A DNA stretch of 64,000 bases. Origin: Rhizaria sp. SCN 62-66 (Eukaryota). Of the stretch, positions 48,401 through 58,219 are shown in pieces. The position numbers were made by a program, and so were the translations under genes. The stretch lies in assembly GCA_001724265.1 (NCBI GenBank), contig MEDY01000032.1, forward strand, positions 1 to 64,000. Reading direction: 5' to 3'. Positions within the stretch are counted from its first letter, which is position 1, and every line of letters starts with the position of its first letter. The notes under the pieces are model-generated. The model did no database searches. It saw only the letters and a program-made list of their open reading frames with translations, and was not told the DNA's origin.

Positions 48401-49969
48401 TACGCCGGCCCCGCGCCCGCACCCGCTCTATCCGCGACGCATGTGCTCCAGGACTCCACCGCGTCGGGCTCAGCCCCCGCGTCCGCGGCCGCCTCAACCG
48501 CCGCGTCCCCCGCCGCCGCTGTGTCGTCGTCGTCGTCCTCCCCGGCCGAGAGCGACATCGCCGCGTTCCCTGTCGCAGGCGCGGCGGCGCTGTCGGCGAC
48601 CGAGGCCGCGGCGGCGCTGGCCCCCGGCGCGGCGCTCGACGCGCGCCGCCTGCCCGGCCTCACCGCGCGGCAGGGCGCCGTCGTGGCAGCGTACTTCTCC
48701 GCGCTGGTCGACCCCGCCGCCGCGCGCCCGCGCACTGTGGACGAGCTCTACGCCGACGCCGGCCTCGGCGCATCTCCTGTCGCGGATCCTGCGGCCGCTG
48801 CTGCTGCTGCTGCTGCTGCGGCGGCTGCGGCGGCTGCGGCGGCGCCTGTTCCTAGCAAGGTCGGCAGCCGCAAGGCACCAGCGACTAAGGGCAGCAAGGC
48901 CAGCAGCGCCGCCGCCGCGGCCGCCGCCACCGAGGCTGATTCCGCGGCCGACAAGAAGCGCGGCGCCGCCGGTGGCGGCAGAGCTAGCGGGCGCGGCGGG
49001 CAGAGCGCACTGTGGGCGCAGGCCAAGCGGGCACTCGCGGAGCACGCCGTGGCCTCAGCCGCCGCGGCCGCCGCCGCCGCCACTGCCGCTGCTGAGGCCG
49101 CGGCCGCCGCTGCCGCTGCTGAGGCCGCTGCCTCTGCCGCGGCTGCTGCGGCTGCTAGCGCGATGACCGACGCCGACGCCGCCACCGGTGCTGACAAGAG
49201 CACCAGCGCTGCTGCCTCAAGCGGCGAGGGCGCCGCCGACGGTTCTTCCGGCGTTGCCTCTGGCGACACGGCTGCTGACGGCAGCGCCGGCAAGTCCACC
49301 AGCACAAGCGCGAGCGCGAGCGGCGGCAGCGGCGACGATGACGGCGAGGCCGAGGCCGACGGGGCCGCCGACGACGCGGCGGGCGACGGCGACGGCGCGG
49401 ACCACGCCGCGGCGCAGGCGCGCTCGATGCGGACTCTGAGCCGCGACGCGCGCATCCGCAATCGCCTGGGCGCGCCCGCCGCGGGGGCCAGCACCTCGGC
49501 GCGGCTCAACGTCGTGAAGGTCACGCCCGTGCCGCCGCTGCGTTGCGTGCTGCCGCGCGCCCGCCCCACCAGCGCCGGCGCTGGCGCCGCGAACATCAGC
49601 GATGACGGGGCCGCGGCCCCTGGGGCTGTGTTTCCGATTGCGGCCGCGGCGGTGGCGGCGCTGGGTGGGGCCGCCGCGGCCTTCCACCCGATCGCCCCTT
49701 ATCCCAGTCTAAGTAGCTCGACCGCAAGCGCGGAAGGCACCGCTAGCGCCGCGACTCCCGGCGCGGCGAGCTCCTGTGCGGCTGCTGTCGCTGCTGCTGC
49801 CATGGCGGCTGGCGTGCAGTCGAGCCTGCTCTGGCGCGAGATCGAGTGGGGCGCTGACTTTGTCGCTGTGCGCGGCGTGCGTTACGGTCCTATTCGCAAG
49901 ATGTATCTCTCTGAGCGCGACGAGGACGCGCTGCCCGTTGTGCCGCTGATCAAGCGCGCCCGCGCCTAA
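45500..49969 (+). CDS. RXT3-like histone deacetylase complex subunit (about 1489 aa)
   Basis: LVEVRVPAKFVTCRNRELATRQVWGG...YHPDSDAVAVLQH resembles the Rxt3 motif (VRIPA...QLWGTDIYTDDSDLVAVLMH, recalled). C-terminal LLWREIEWGADFVAVRGVRY resembles the end of plant RXT3-like proteins. Ends in TAA. Confidence 0.7.
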   Translation: MASLRAAALSHDAPSGVTSDSTQPAAAAHYPTVPKLVPDDDDPAVSVMYHPGGTFKFSKYLHSLVEVRVPAKFVTCRNRELATRQVWGGRFPARLRKLFPNVEPPSGSVISPAPLAPGATIPAGLIPLAASAQIPAGESASATEGSSATVAAVNPFTLHTPPAIYSLSPHLYHPDSDAVAVLQHATHTLLRAVPPSTVGLSVIFRVLPAPPPLSALSVLAKDCKNNASADADDCEEYLSAHSCADPEDPDDVAGFAVDPAVHADQIYYPSTVVDGYASRAALVDSAPHHASSSSSAASAAALTPPVSMSDSAAAATASGSGSAVACAAMAAARLLPLGARCCLQLVRTQTIDRGHINNLYRRRKPASASATAAAAAAAASAAATAAANAAAGSFALPIAASTASVFVTGAGTPSGAVPASSSSSSSAAAAAAAAAAAAAAGSRARDVRLVRMAPGSARPYRSVAVRAKRRLVPGAAIAHAPGGQASLAYALPAVADRGVAPGEWAAAALSTPGRSVVLQLPAAALAAATAAVAASAAATGAAAASSAPAASAAAASTPTVPTAGEGKKGAKGGRGGRNATSGAISAAAASSVAPTAQAPAATGAAAAMTDDADSSGSSSSSGVGANTDVNNSGRVTVSTVAVDQNARLLSDIAETTRYHNTNSSNIIISSSTGTAAATSATATASVSSYDDEWAYIEITLDAAATAAATATAAAVVLSSAAASPVASSATTTATSLSAVSAVSALDGLSESEHQTAVTAAMPRYLVAPVRPASLPLPLPFAATASSSSSAADAANAEASPTASALSAATVFDAGFVSAARVPTLFAPYTTAAAAMRARVGRAIANAAAAAAAASAAAAAPAAAAAPAVTAAAPAPGSASKKAPAKGRRGSAGAGKSGVVEAEEAPTTPSAAAGAGVITASAPGPCPFDVAEAVTVSALLASQRNNTNAATAPAAAAASGATLKFDCPYAGPAPAPALSATHVLQDSTASGSAPASAAASTAASPAAAVSSSSSSPAESDIAAFPVAGAAALSATEAAAALAPGAALDARRLPGLTARQGAVVAAYFSALVDPAAARPRTVDELYADAGLGASPVADPAAAAAAAAAAAAAAAAAAPVPSKVGSRKAPATKGSKASSAAAAAAATEADSAADKKRGAAGGGRASGRGGQSALWAQAKRALAEHAVASAAAAAAAATAAAEAAAAAAAAEAAASAAAAAAASAMTDADAATGADKSTSAAASSGEGAADGSSGVASGDTAADGSAGKSTSTSASASGGSGDDDGEAEADGAADDAAGDGDGADHAAAQARSMRTLSRDARIRNRLGAPAAGASTSARLNVVKVTPVPPLRCVLPRARPTSAGAGAANISDDGAAAPGAVFPIAAAAVAALGGAAAAFHPIAPYPSLSSSTASAEGTASAATPGAASSCAAAVAAAAMAAGVQSSLLWREIEWGADFVAVRGVRYGPIRKMYLSERDEDALPVVPLIKRARA

Positions 49970-52413
49970 GCGCTTCCACGCGTAAGTGCCAGGGTCTAAA
50001 CATACCAAACACTGTGTGAGCGTTTCCATGGAACAGAACAATGCGGAGGGGGAGTGAGTCACAACCTTTTGTAATGCGATGTCACATGTTGAATCTACGA
50101 TCCTTTAAGCATTTGATGTGATTTATCAATCATCAAATCCCACAATTAACTTCACCGATTGCATCGACTTTTTATCAACACCAAACGTGTGTGCACAGTT
50201 CTTTCGTTGATAAGGGCGTGCTGTATTTTTCTTTTCATCACTTTCTCCCACTTCTGTTTTCATTTTGTATTTGTATATGACCATGCGTTTCCTTTCATAA
50301 TGATTACTGATTGTGTCTTTTGCACTTTATTTCACTCCTTTTTACACCTTCATTTTGTTTGTTCTTATTCGCTTCAATTTCATGTTCTGTGTTGTGCTGT
50401 GTCTTGTTGTTCTGTGCTTTGTTTCGTTTTAGTTTGCGTTTCATGGCCAAATGTCGTCGCACAGCCAGCCCAACTTGCCAGCTCTCACTGTACTATCTTC
50501 GTGTACATCTCGATCTTTTATTTCGTCTGTGTTGTTTGCACCTTGTTTCCATTCCTCTTTTTGCGTTCTCGCAGCAGAAGGTGCACATTTTCATCATGGC
50601 CGTTGATTCTTTGAACTACGAGGTCACCTCGTAGTTGCGGCTGAGTCATGGTCTTCTTTATCAAAGCGCATCTAAGAGCTACTTATGTGTGCGTTCATCC
50701 TAGTCATCAGTTTCGCCATTTATTGCGGCGTTCACTCTTTCTTTTTCTTTGCTCCAGTTCAAACTGCTCTTTGTTTTCGTGATTGTGTTTCAAACGTGTT
50801 TGCTCGTCTGTCTTGCGTTCATTTGCTGCTGATCGTGTGTCCTCCGTGTGTGCTGTTCATTGTGCTTCTCTTCTGTCTGCCCAACTCACTAGGACCCGCG
50901 TGACTCATCATCGTTATTCACAAGCTTACTCGTTCAAGTACTTTTTGTTTTTTAAAGATCAAATACACAACATTATTGACCAGCGCATCAGTTTGCATTT
51001 TATGCGAATTTGTGAGGACAGGTGTATGTATTGATCGCTCCATGGGATCGAGAGACAGGACGGACACGTGACATCATAATAGCACGATAAGCTTGCGAAA
51101 TTAATACAATTACATAAACAAGAGGATATATGTGACGTATCATTTGATTAGGGGTGGATTTCTGTAACGTATATCACTTTTAGTATCATTACTTTGAGTA
51201 GTTGCAACCCAAAAGATGCAAACGAAACTGAGAGAAAATGAAAAAAAGAAATGTACGAGAACAAGAAAAAGAGAGACTTAACGGATTACAAAAACACTCT
51301 ATCACACGACAACTGCGGCTGAAACGCTCTTTATGTTCCGGCTTGACATGACTGTAATCGTCGGAACAGAAGCAGAGGTTGAGACTGAGACAGCATAGTC
51401 GAGAAGAGCACGAGCGTGAGTACGGAGCGTTGTGTGCATTTAGCTATACAATTTAATGCTATCACAAAACCCATGCTCAAAATAAAAGAGAATGACAACA
51501 AAATGAAAAGAACACACACAGAGAGTGGTGAGAAAATAAACTTGCGCGCACGGGAACACCCAACATACAAGACCACATTAGCGCCACCACAACACGAAAC
51601 CAACAACAACGCTGGCAGATCGTATGTGAATGTGCGCATGCGCGCCTTGAAATAAGTCTGTTAAGTGACGGCAGCGGCAGGCATTGATGACGTATGACAT
51701 TGAAAAGAGCGACGTTGCGTGGAGACGATATTACAACAATGCAATGACAAGCACCGTGAACACAACGCGAGGCTAAACAAAACACGAACCAAACGTGCTG
51801 TACAGTAACCAAAGTCATACTATCACAAAATAAACGAGGATATGAAAATATACACAGCCACAGAAACAAGCACGAACGATAGCAAAAGCAAAGAAAACCA
51901 ACGTATTTTGAAAAAACACGCAAACAACATTTGAAAACGAGACTAGTAATAATAAACAGTAACTATTTGGTTTGCAGGGTCTCAGAGCCGCGTGTGAATC
52001 ACGATACTGGACGCTGTCTCGTGACCCTTGCACTATGCGCGACTGCCTTACCATTGGCTGAGTCTCACAAAGGCACGCAAACCTTCACAATGAAGAAAAT
52101 ACAACATACAATACATCTCAAATTGAACGTATAAGCAGTGGTGAAATGAGTCGAGATGAAAGCTGAGCTAGACTTAAACAATGCACCCACATTAAAGGCA
52201 GTGGGAGGAACAACAATCGATGCGATAGTGAGAGCATGGCTGTGCCGAAAAGAAATACGTGTCAAAGGGCTGAAGAGCGCTGCAGTGAACACACTTAAGA
52301 ATTTGAAATGAAGGTCAACATAGACCAATAATAAGATAAACAATCATCGCTTGCTGGAACTAAATGACTTAAAATTTCACCAATGGTGGCTTAACTTCGC
52401 CGTGTCGACTCGA

Positions 52414-54198
52414 TTAACTCATGAGGTCGAACTGCAGCTGATCACGGTCATCATCGTCACCATCATCATCGCCATAGTCTTCACCGTCGTCGTGGTCGTT
52501 GGCCTGATGGGCACCAGCGTCAGTGTGGTGCTGTTGCTGGTGGTGGTGCTGCTGGTACTGGAACTGAGCAGCACCATGACTCATCGTCTCGAACCCCGCA
52601 GCGCCAGCCTCAGTGAAGTGGCCGTGGGCAGCCGCGTTATGGCCGTGGGCCGCGGCGGCCGTGGCAGTCGCCGAGTGACCGACAATACCCAGCCTCTCGA
52701 GCGAGCCGGGCGCGGCGTGCGCCAGCTGAATCATGTTGCAGTCGCCCTCGGCCGGGCTGTCATCGCAGCCGTCGTCCATCGAGACCTGGCCGCTCGGCAG
52801 CACAACCGGGCTGCCAGCAACGCGGCCAAAGCCGTACACGATGTCTCTGCCACCGGTACCAGAGGCCGACGCAGTGGCGGCATGCGCAATTGTGGTCATC
52901 ACTGGCGCGCCGAAGCCGAAGCCAGCGCGGGCAAACGCGTTCCCATTTGTAACGTTCGCCTCCGCAGCAGTGGATGCGTTGGCAGCAGCGATCGACGCTG
53001 TCGGCGACTGCGACGGCGCGGGGGACGAGTGCAGGAAGAAGCCGCCGCTTGGTGTCGCAACCGTGGTGGCAGGCGCAGGGTGCGCGTACGCGGGCGTAGC
53101 GTTGGCGCTGCCAAGATCAGCCTGCGAGTGGAAGTGCGAGTGCGAGTCGGCAAGCGAGAGCTGCTGCTGCTGTTGCAGGTGCAGCTGCTGCATCTGGTGC
53201 TGCAGTCGCTCCTGCTGTTGCTGCTGCAGCAGTCGGTACTGGTGTGAAGGTGAATACGGCGCCAGCCCAGCCGCAGCCGCCGCGGCCGAGGCCGCGGCCG
53301 CAGACGCTGCGGCAGCGGCCGCCGCAGCCGCCGCAGCAGCCGCGGCGGTGGCGGCGACGGAGGTGGCGTTGGACGCGACAGTGCGCGCGCTGTTACTGCG
53401 GCTGAGCACGTCGATGATGAGCGAGCCGCGCGGCGCGAGCGCGACGTCGTCGCCGCTGTAGCCGACCTCGTCCGCGGCGGCCACGGAGGCGGCTGTCACG
53501 GGCGCGCTCGGGTGGCCCAGCCCGGCGAGGAAGTGGCGGCGGCGCGCGGCGGCCGCGTCGGACATCGAGGGCGAAGACAGCGGGGACAACACAGAGGGCG
53601 TCCCGCTGCCGTTGGTGAGGGAGCGTGCGGGGCAGCCCAGCGAGGCGCCGACCCCGGAGCCGTAGCGGGACGGCATGCGCGGGGTCAGCGTGCTCGCCGC
53701 CGTTTGCGGGCTGCCTAGCGCCGATGGTGCCGTCGGATGCGACTGCAGCGCGCTGGGGACGAGCGGGACGAACGGGCCGTCCTTGGCGGCTGCGGCGGCT
53801 ATGAGATCGAAGCCCGGCACGCCTTGAGCCGCATGCGCCGCCGCACCAGGCGCGCGCGGGGCGTCCGGATGGGAAAGCAACACAGAGTCCTGCGGGAGAG
53901 ACGGCGGAAGGTCGAAGATCGGTGGGTCTGAGATACTGGCACGCGGGCGCGCGCTCGGAGGAGGAGGGAAAGGCTTTGTGGTCACCGCGACTGCCATGGG
54001 CGCGGTCCCAGCAGGGTTGCTGTAGACGGCGTCAAACGCAGGAACAGCAGGATGACCAAAGCCACGTACCCCCGTCGAGCCGTAGCCTCCGAGGCGACGC
54101 GCGTTGGGAGCCGAGGGTGAGTTAACAACGAAGGCGTCAGGTTGGCTTACTGAGCCCGAAGCTGCGACGCGGGCGTTGGCGGGGTAGCCGGAGTACAT
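52414..54198 (-). CDS. Hypothetical low-complexity, probably disordered protein (594 aa)
   Basis: The ORF matches a GC-rich island. The ATG has an in-frame TGA upstream. Ala/Gln runs resemble those of neighbouring genes, and there is an acidic tail. Ends in TAA. No domain recognised. Confidence 0.7.
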   Translation of the reverse strand: MYSGYPANARVAASGSVSQPDAFVVNSPSAPNARRLGGYGSTGVRGFGHPAVPAFDAVYSNPAGTAPMAVAVTTKPFPPPPSARPRASISDPPIFDLPPSLPQDSVLLSHPDAPRAPGAAAHAAQGVPGFDLIAAAAAKDGPFVPLVPSALQSHPTAPSALGSPQTAASTLTPRMPSRYGSGVGASLGCPARSLTNGSGTPSVLSPLSSPSMSDAAAARRRHFLAGLGHPSAPVTAASVAAADEVGYSGDDVALAPRGSLIIDVLSRSNSARTVASNATSVAATAAAAAAAAAAAAAASAAAASAAAAAAGLAPYSPSHQYRLLQQQQQERLQHQMQQLHLQQQQQLSLADSHSHFHSQADLGSANATPAYAHPAPATTVATPSGGFFLHSSPAPSQSPTASIAAANASTAAEANVTNGNAFARAGFGFGAPVMTTIAHAATASASGTGGRDIVYGFGRVAGSPVVLPSGQVSMDDGCDDSPAEGDCNMIQLAHAAPGSLERLGIVGHSATATAAAAHGHNAAAHGHFTEAGAAGFETMSHGAAQFQYQQHHHQQQHHTDAGAHQANDHDDGEDYGDDDGDDDDRDQLQFDLMS

Positions 54199-55297
54199 GA
54201 CAAATACGGATCAAGCTGGCAGCAAAAGCGGTTGCGAAAGAGCTCAGCGGCCAAGTTGTAGATACAGGGAGGGTCGGGTTGTAGAGAGAGGGAGACTAAC
54301 GTCCTCGGAGGAGCGAGGCGAGTCTACACAGTCAAAGATGTGCAACAGAAACAGAAGGATTCAGGAAGATCCCAGGGTTAGAATCGCGTGATAATTAGAA
54401 ACATAGATACAGTCGCACACCTACAAACTGGTGGTCCACATCAATAGTCCGTGATTTCGTAGAAAATGGCGTGCAATCTCATTTTCTTTTCGCGCCTTTA
54501 CCCGATCGATTGGCAGTGGCGGTTGCGGTCCGCAGTACGCCATATGGATGTCTCCTTTGAAAAGCTGCCAGATCACCACTTTGTAACCATACAATTGATT
54601 TTTTGTCGTTGCGTAAGGATAGTTCTAGTTGCAAGCCTTGCATATTAACTCATCCGAATCCCGCCAGCGCCCAGAATTGTGCAGATATCATTCGCTGCAG
54701 ATGTTCGCCCTTAGACCTTGGACTAAAGTGCGTGCCGTTATTGTGATAAGAAATGACGGCTTCCTAAGAGCTTTCCTCATTTTTCATTCATGCTAACTTG
54801 TGAAATTAGAAGCTTTTGATATGGTTCCGCAATTTAATCTTGATTACACAGATAACTGAGTCCTTGATCTACAATCTTGTTACGCAGTCAGATAAGCTGA
54901 CCGTGCACACCGTTTTTGACTGCAGCACGATTGTGGTCAGAATGAGTTTCCATGGTTACTTTATGTTAAAGCAGTGAGATATCCCAGCTTCAGGTTCTAT
55001 TTTTCATATGTTCACCGATGGCTACTGTTTAATATTATGGTGCTTTATTTTTGAGTTTGAATTTGTGTTCATCATTTTGTCTTCGCATTTGCGTAGTTAA
55101 GCAAGTTGTCAAATCTTGCTTAATTAGTTACCCGTCATTAGTGACGATTGATACCTTGTAATACATATCTTATCATACATACTATGCTCGTTGAAAAAAA
55201 TATATTTTGTTGATAGCAAATCGCGAGAGGCACAACCGGAAAGCCTCGCATTCTGAATTGGAGATCAGATACGACATGTAGCGGTGCACGATGAGAC

Positions 55298-58175
55298 TTA
55301 CTTGGCCGCCTTCTTGCTGGACTGCATGATCTCAGTCGGCCCCTCGGCAGCACGCTTGCGCGAGCCGGACTTGGGCGCCGGCGTCGCGCGACTGGCACTG
55401 CGCTTGCGCGCGGCCGCGCTCGACTTGCTCTTGCCTTCCTCATAGTCCTCGCCAGAGTCGTCGTCGCCGTCGTCGTCGCCGCCGTCATCCCCGCTCTCGT
55501 CCTCGAAGTCGTCGCCAGCCTTGTCGTCGTCCTCGCCGGCAGCGCCGCCGTCCTCGGCGTCGTCGCCGTCGCCTTCGCTGTCCTCCCCCGCGGCCGCGGC
55601 TCCGTCGGCCGCGTCGTCGCCGCCGTTATCCTCACCGCCGTCGCCGTCCTTGCCGTCCTTGCGCTTGCCGCCCTTGCCGCCCTTGAAGCTGGCGCGCTTG
55701 GAGCCGAGGTCGGACCGCACAGCGCGCACCCGCGCCACGCTCGCCGCGTCAACGGGCCCCGTCGCGACGCTTTCGCTCACCAGCACCACGTCTGCGGGCA
55801 ACTTGCTGCGGGACTTGACCGGCACGCCGTCGTACACGCGGCGCCGCGCGGCGTAGAGCTTCGCCGTCGCGGCCGCGCGGCTGGCCTCGTCGCTCTTACC
55901 GCCGGCCGCGGCGCCTGACGCGCTGCCGCCCTCGCCGGCGGCCTCGTCGTCCTCAGCGGCCGCGGCGGCAAGGACCTCATCGGCGTTGGCCTCAGCGTCG
56001 GCGGCTGCGATCGCTGCAAGTACCGCCGCCGAGAGGGGCTTGCTCGCCTTCTTACTCTTGCTGCCGGCGTCTTCGTCGTCAGAGAGGTCGTAGCCGCTCG
56101 AGTCGTCATCTTGCGCCGCCGCCGCTGCGGCATTCTTGGCCGAATCCTGGTCCGCCGGCTCGTCGGCGTCGTCACCCGCGGCCTCCGCCGCACCCTCACC
56201 AGGCGGTGTGCCCGCGGCGAGCGCGACGACCACGCGGCGCAGCAGAACCTCGTCGACAGTGACGAACTGCTTCGACGAGTTGGGCGCCGCGTAGGTCTTG
56301 ACAACGGCGCCCGCGGGCGGGTAGGCGGCGCCGCGGCCCGCGCGCGCGAGCAGCCGCTGCGAGCCCAGCTCGAGCTTGCGCTTGCGGGCGTCCTCGGCGG
56401 CTTGCTGGCGCGCGCGCGCCTGCTCCTCGGTCTCGTCGCGCTTGACGTAGCGCCGCTTGCCGCCCAGCTTGTCGCTCTCGGCGGCGCGCCGAGCGGGCTC
56501 GTCGTCGGCGCGCTGCGCCGGCTTGCGGCGGCCCGCCTGGCGCTGCCGTTCGCGCAGCCAGACCGTCTCCTGCGGCGTAGTCGCTGCCGCGATGGCAGCG
56601 CGGCCGAGCTCGCACTTTTGCGCCGCGGTCGCGCAGGCGGGGCAGAAGATGACCTTGCGCGAGAGGCGCACCACGTCGCGCGGTAGGCAGCGGATGTGGT
56701 AGCCCGTGGGGCAGGCGACGCACGAGATGACGAGGTTCTCGCGGCGAGAGCCGGAGGCTTTCTTGCCGCCCTTCTTGCCGTCGCCGCCGTCGTCGCCGCC
56801 GTCGTCGTCGTCATCGTCATCGTCGTTATCGTCGTCATCGGCGCCGTCGTCGTCGTCGCCGCCAGCGCCCGCGCCAGCGCCCGCGTCGCCCTTGGAGCTC
56901 GAGTTGGTCGACGCGCCGGCGATATTGGCGCCGACGGGCTTGGTCCCTGGCACGGAGCAGAGCGCACAGAAGTGCGCGCCGCAGCGGTAGGCCATGAGCG
57001 TGTCGCCCTTGCCGTAGAAGTGCGACGTCGAGAACTTGCGCGCGCACTCAAGGTGTGCCACGTGGCCGCACGACGCGACCGAGCAGTAGCGAACGATCGC
57101 GCCGACGCGGCCCAGAAGCGGGTTCGTCTCGACCTTGTCCTCGCCCTCGGCCGCGGGCGCGGGCGCCATGGACGTCACGGCGGCCGCGGCGACGGTCGAC
57201 GCGCGGCGGCGCTCGCCGCGCTCCTTGCCCTGCGGCGAGTCACTGTCCTCTGCGTCCTCGTCCGGGATCACGGCCGGGAACGTGCAGCCGAAGCAGCGCC
57301 AGTCGTACGTCTCGCACTCGCAGCACAGCCACGGCGTCTTGGGCTGCGCCAGGTCCGGCGCGCCAGGGATCTGCGCCAGCACGGCTGCGATCTCGCCGTC
57401 CGTCTTGCGGTCGCTCGTCTTCTTCGTCCCTACGGGCAGCGGGGCCTCGAGCGAGATCGTCACCTTGTCCAGCCCGGGCACGCCGACGGGCGGGCGCGAG
57501 GGCGCGACGTAGGTGTTGCTCGAGTAGGTCCCGCAGGCGGGGACGTTGCGCGGGAGGCACTCCGGGTGGAACACGCGGCCGCAGGGCCCGTCGCAGCCGA
57601 TGAGCTGCCCCGGGCAGTGGCACCGCGAGCAGAGCACGCCGTTGAATTGCTGCCGCGGGCCGCGCGTGCGCCGCGCGGGCGAGCCGCCGTAGTCGTGGGC
57701 GCCGTCGCCGCCGCCCGCGCCGCTGCTGCCGCGGCGCGCGGCGGCCGAAGCGCGGCGCCGCTCCGCGGGGTCCTCATAGTCGTCGTCGTCGTCTTCGGCC
57801 AGCGAGTACGTCACGTTGCTTGCGCGGCGCGAGCGGCGCACGTCGCCTCCCGCGCCCGCGGTGGCGGCGCTGCGGCGGGCCGCGCTGGCCGCCGCGGCGC
57901 CAGCGAGGTGGCGGCGACGGCCGGAGTCGCGGCCACTGGCGCCGCTGCCGCCGCTGCTGTGGCGTCCGCCGCGGCCACGGGGCCGGTCGGAGTCGGAGCC
58001 GCCGGAGAACTGGTCCTCGGAGTTGGAGCCGTCTTCGTCCTCGTCTTCGTCTTCGTCTTCGTCGTCGTCGGCGTCGTCGCGGTAGCCCCCGGCCGGCGCG
58101 TTGCTGGTGGTGAAGCGGCGGCGGCGGCGCATCTGCTGCAGCATCATCAGCGGCTGGTCGTCGTCGTCGCCCATC

Positions 58176-58219
<44 letters not shown>

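Noticed and set aside
50159-52343. Hydrophobic Phe/Cys/Val-rich short ORFs
   Set aside because: They are by-products of U-rich UTR composition.
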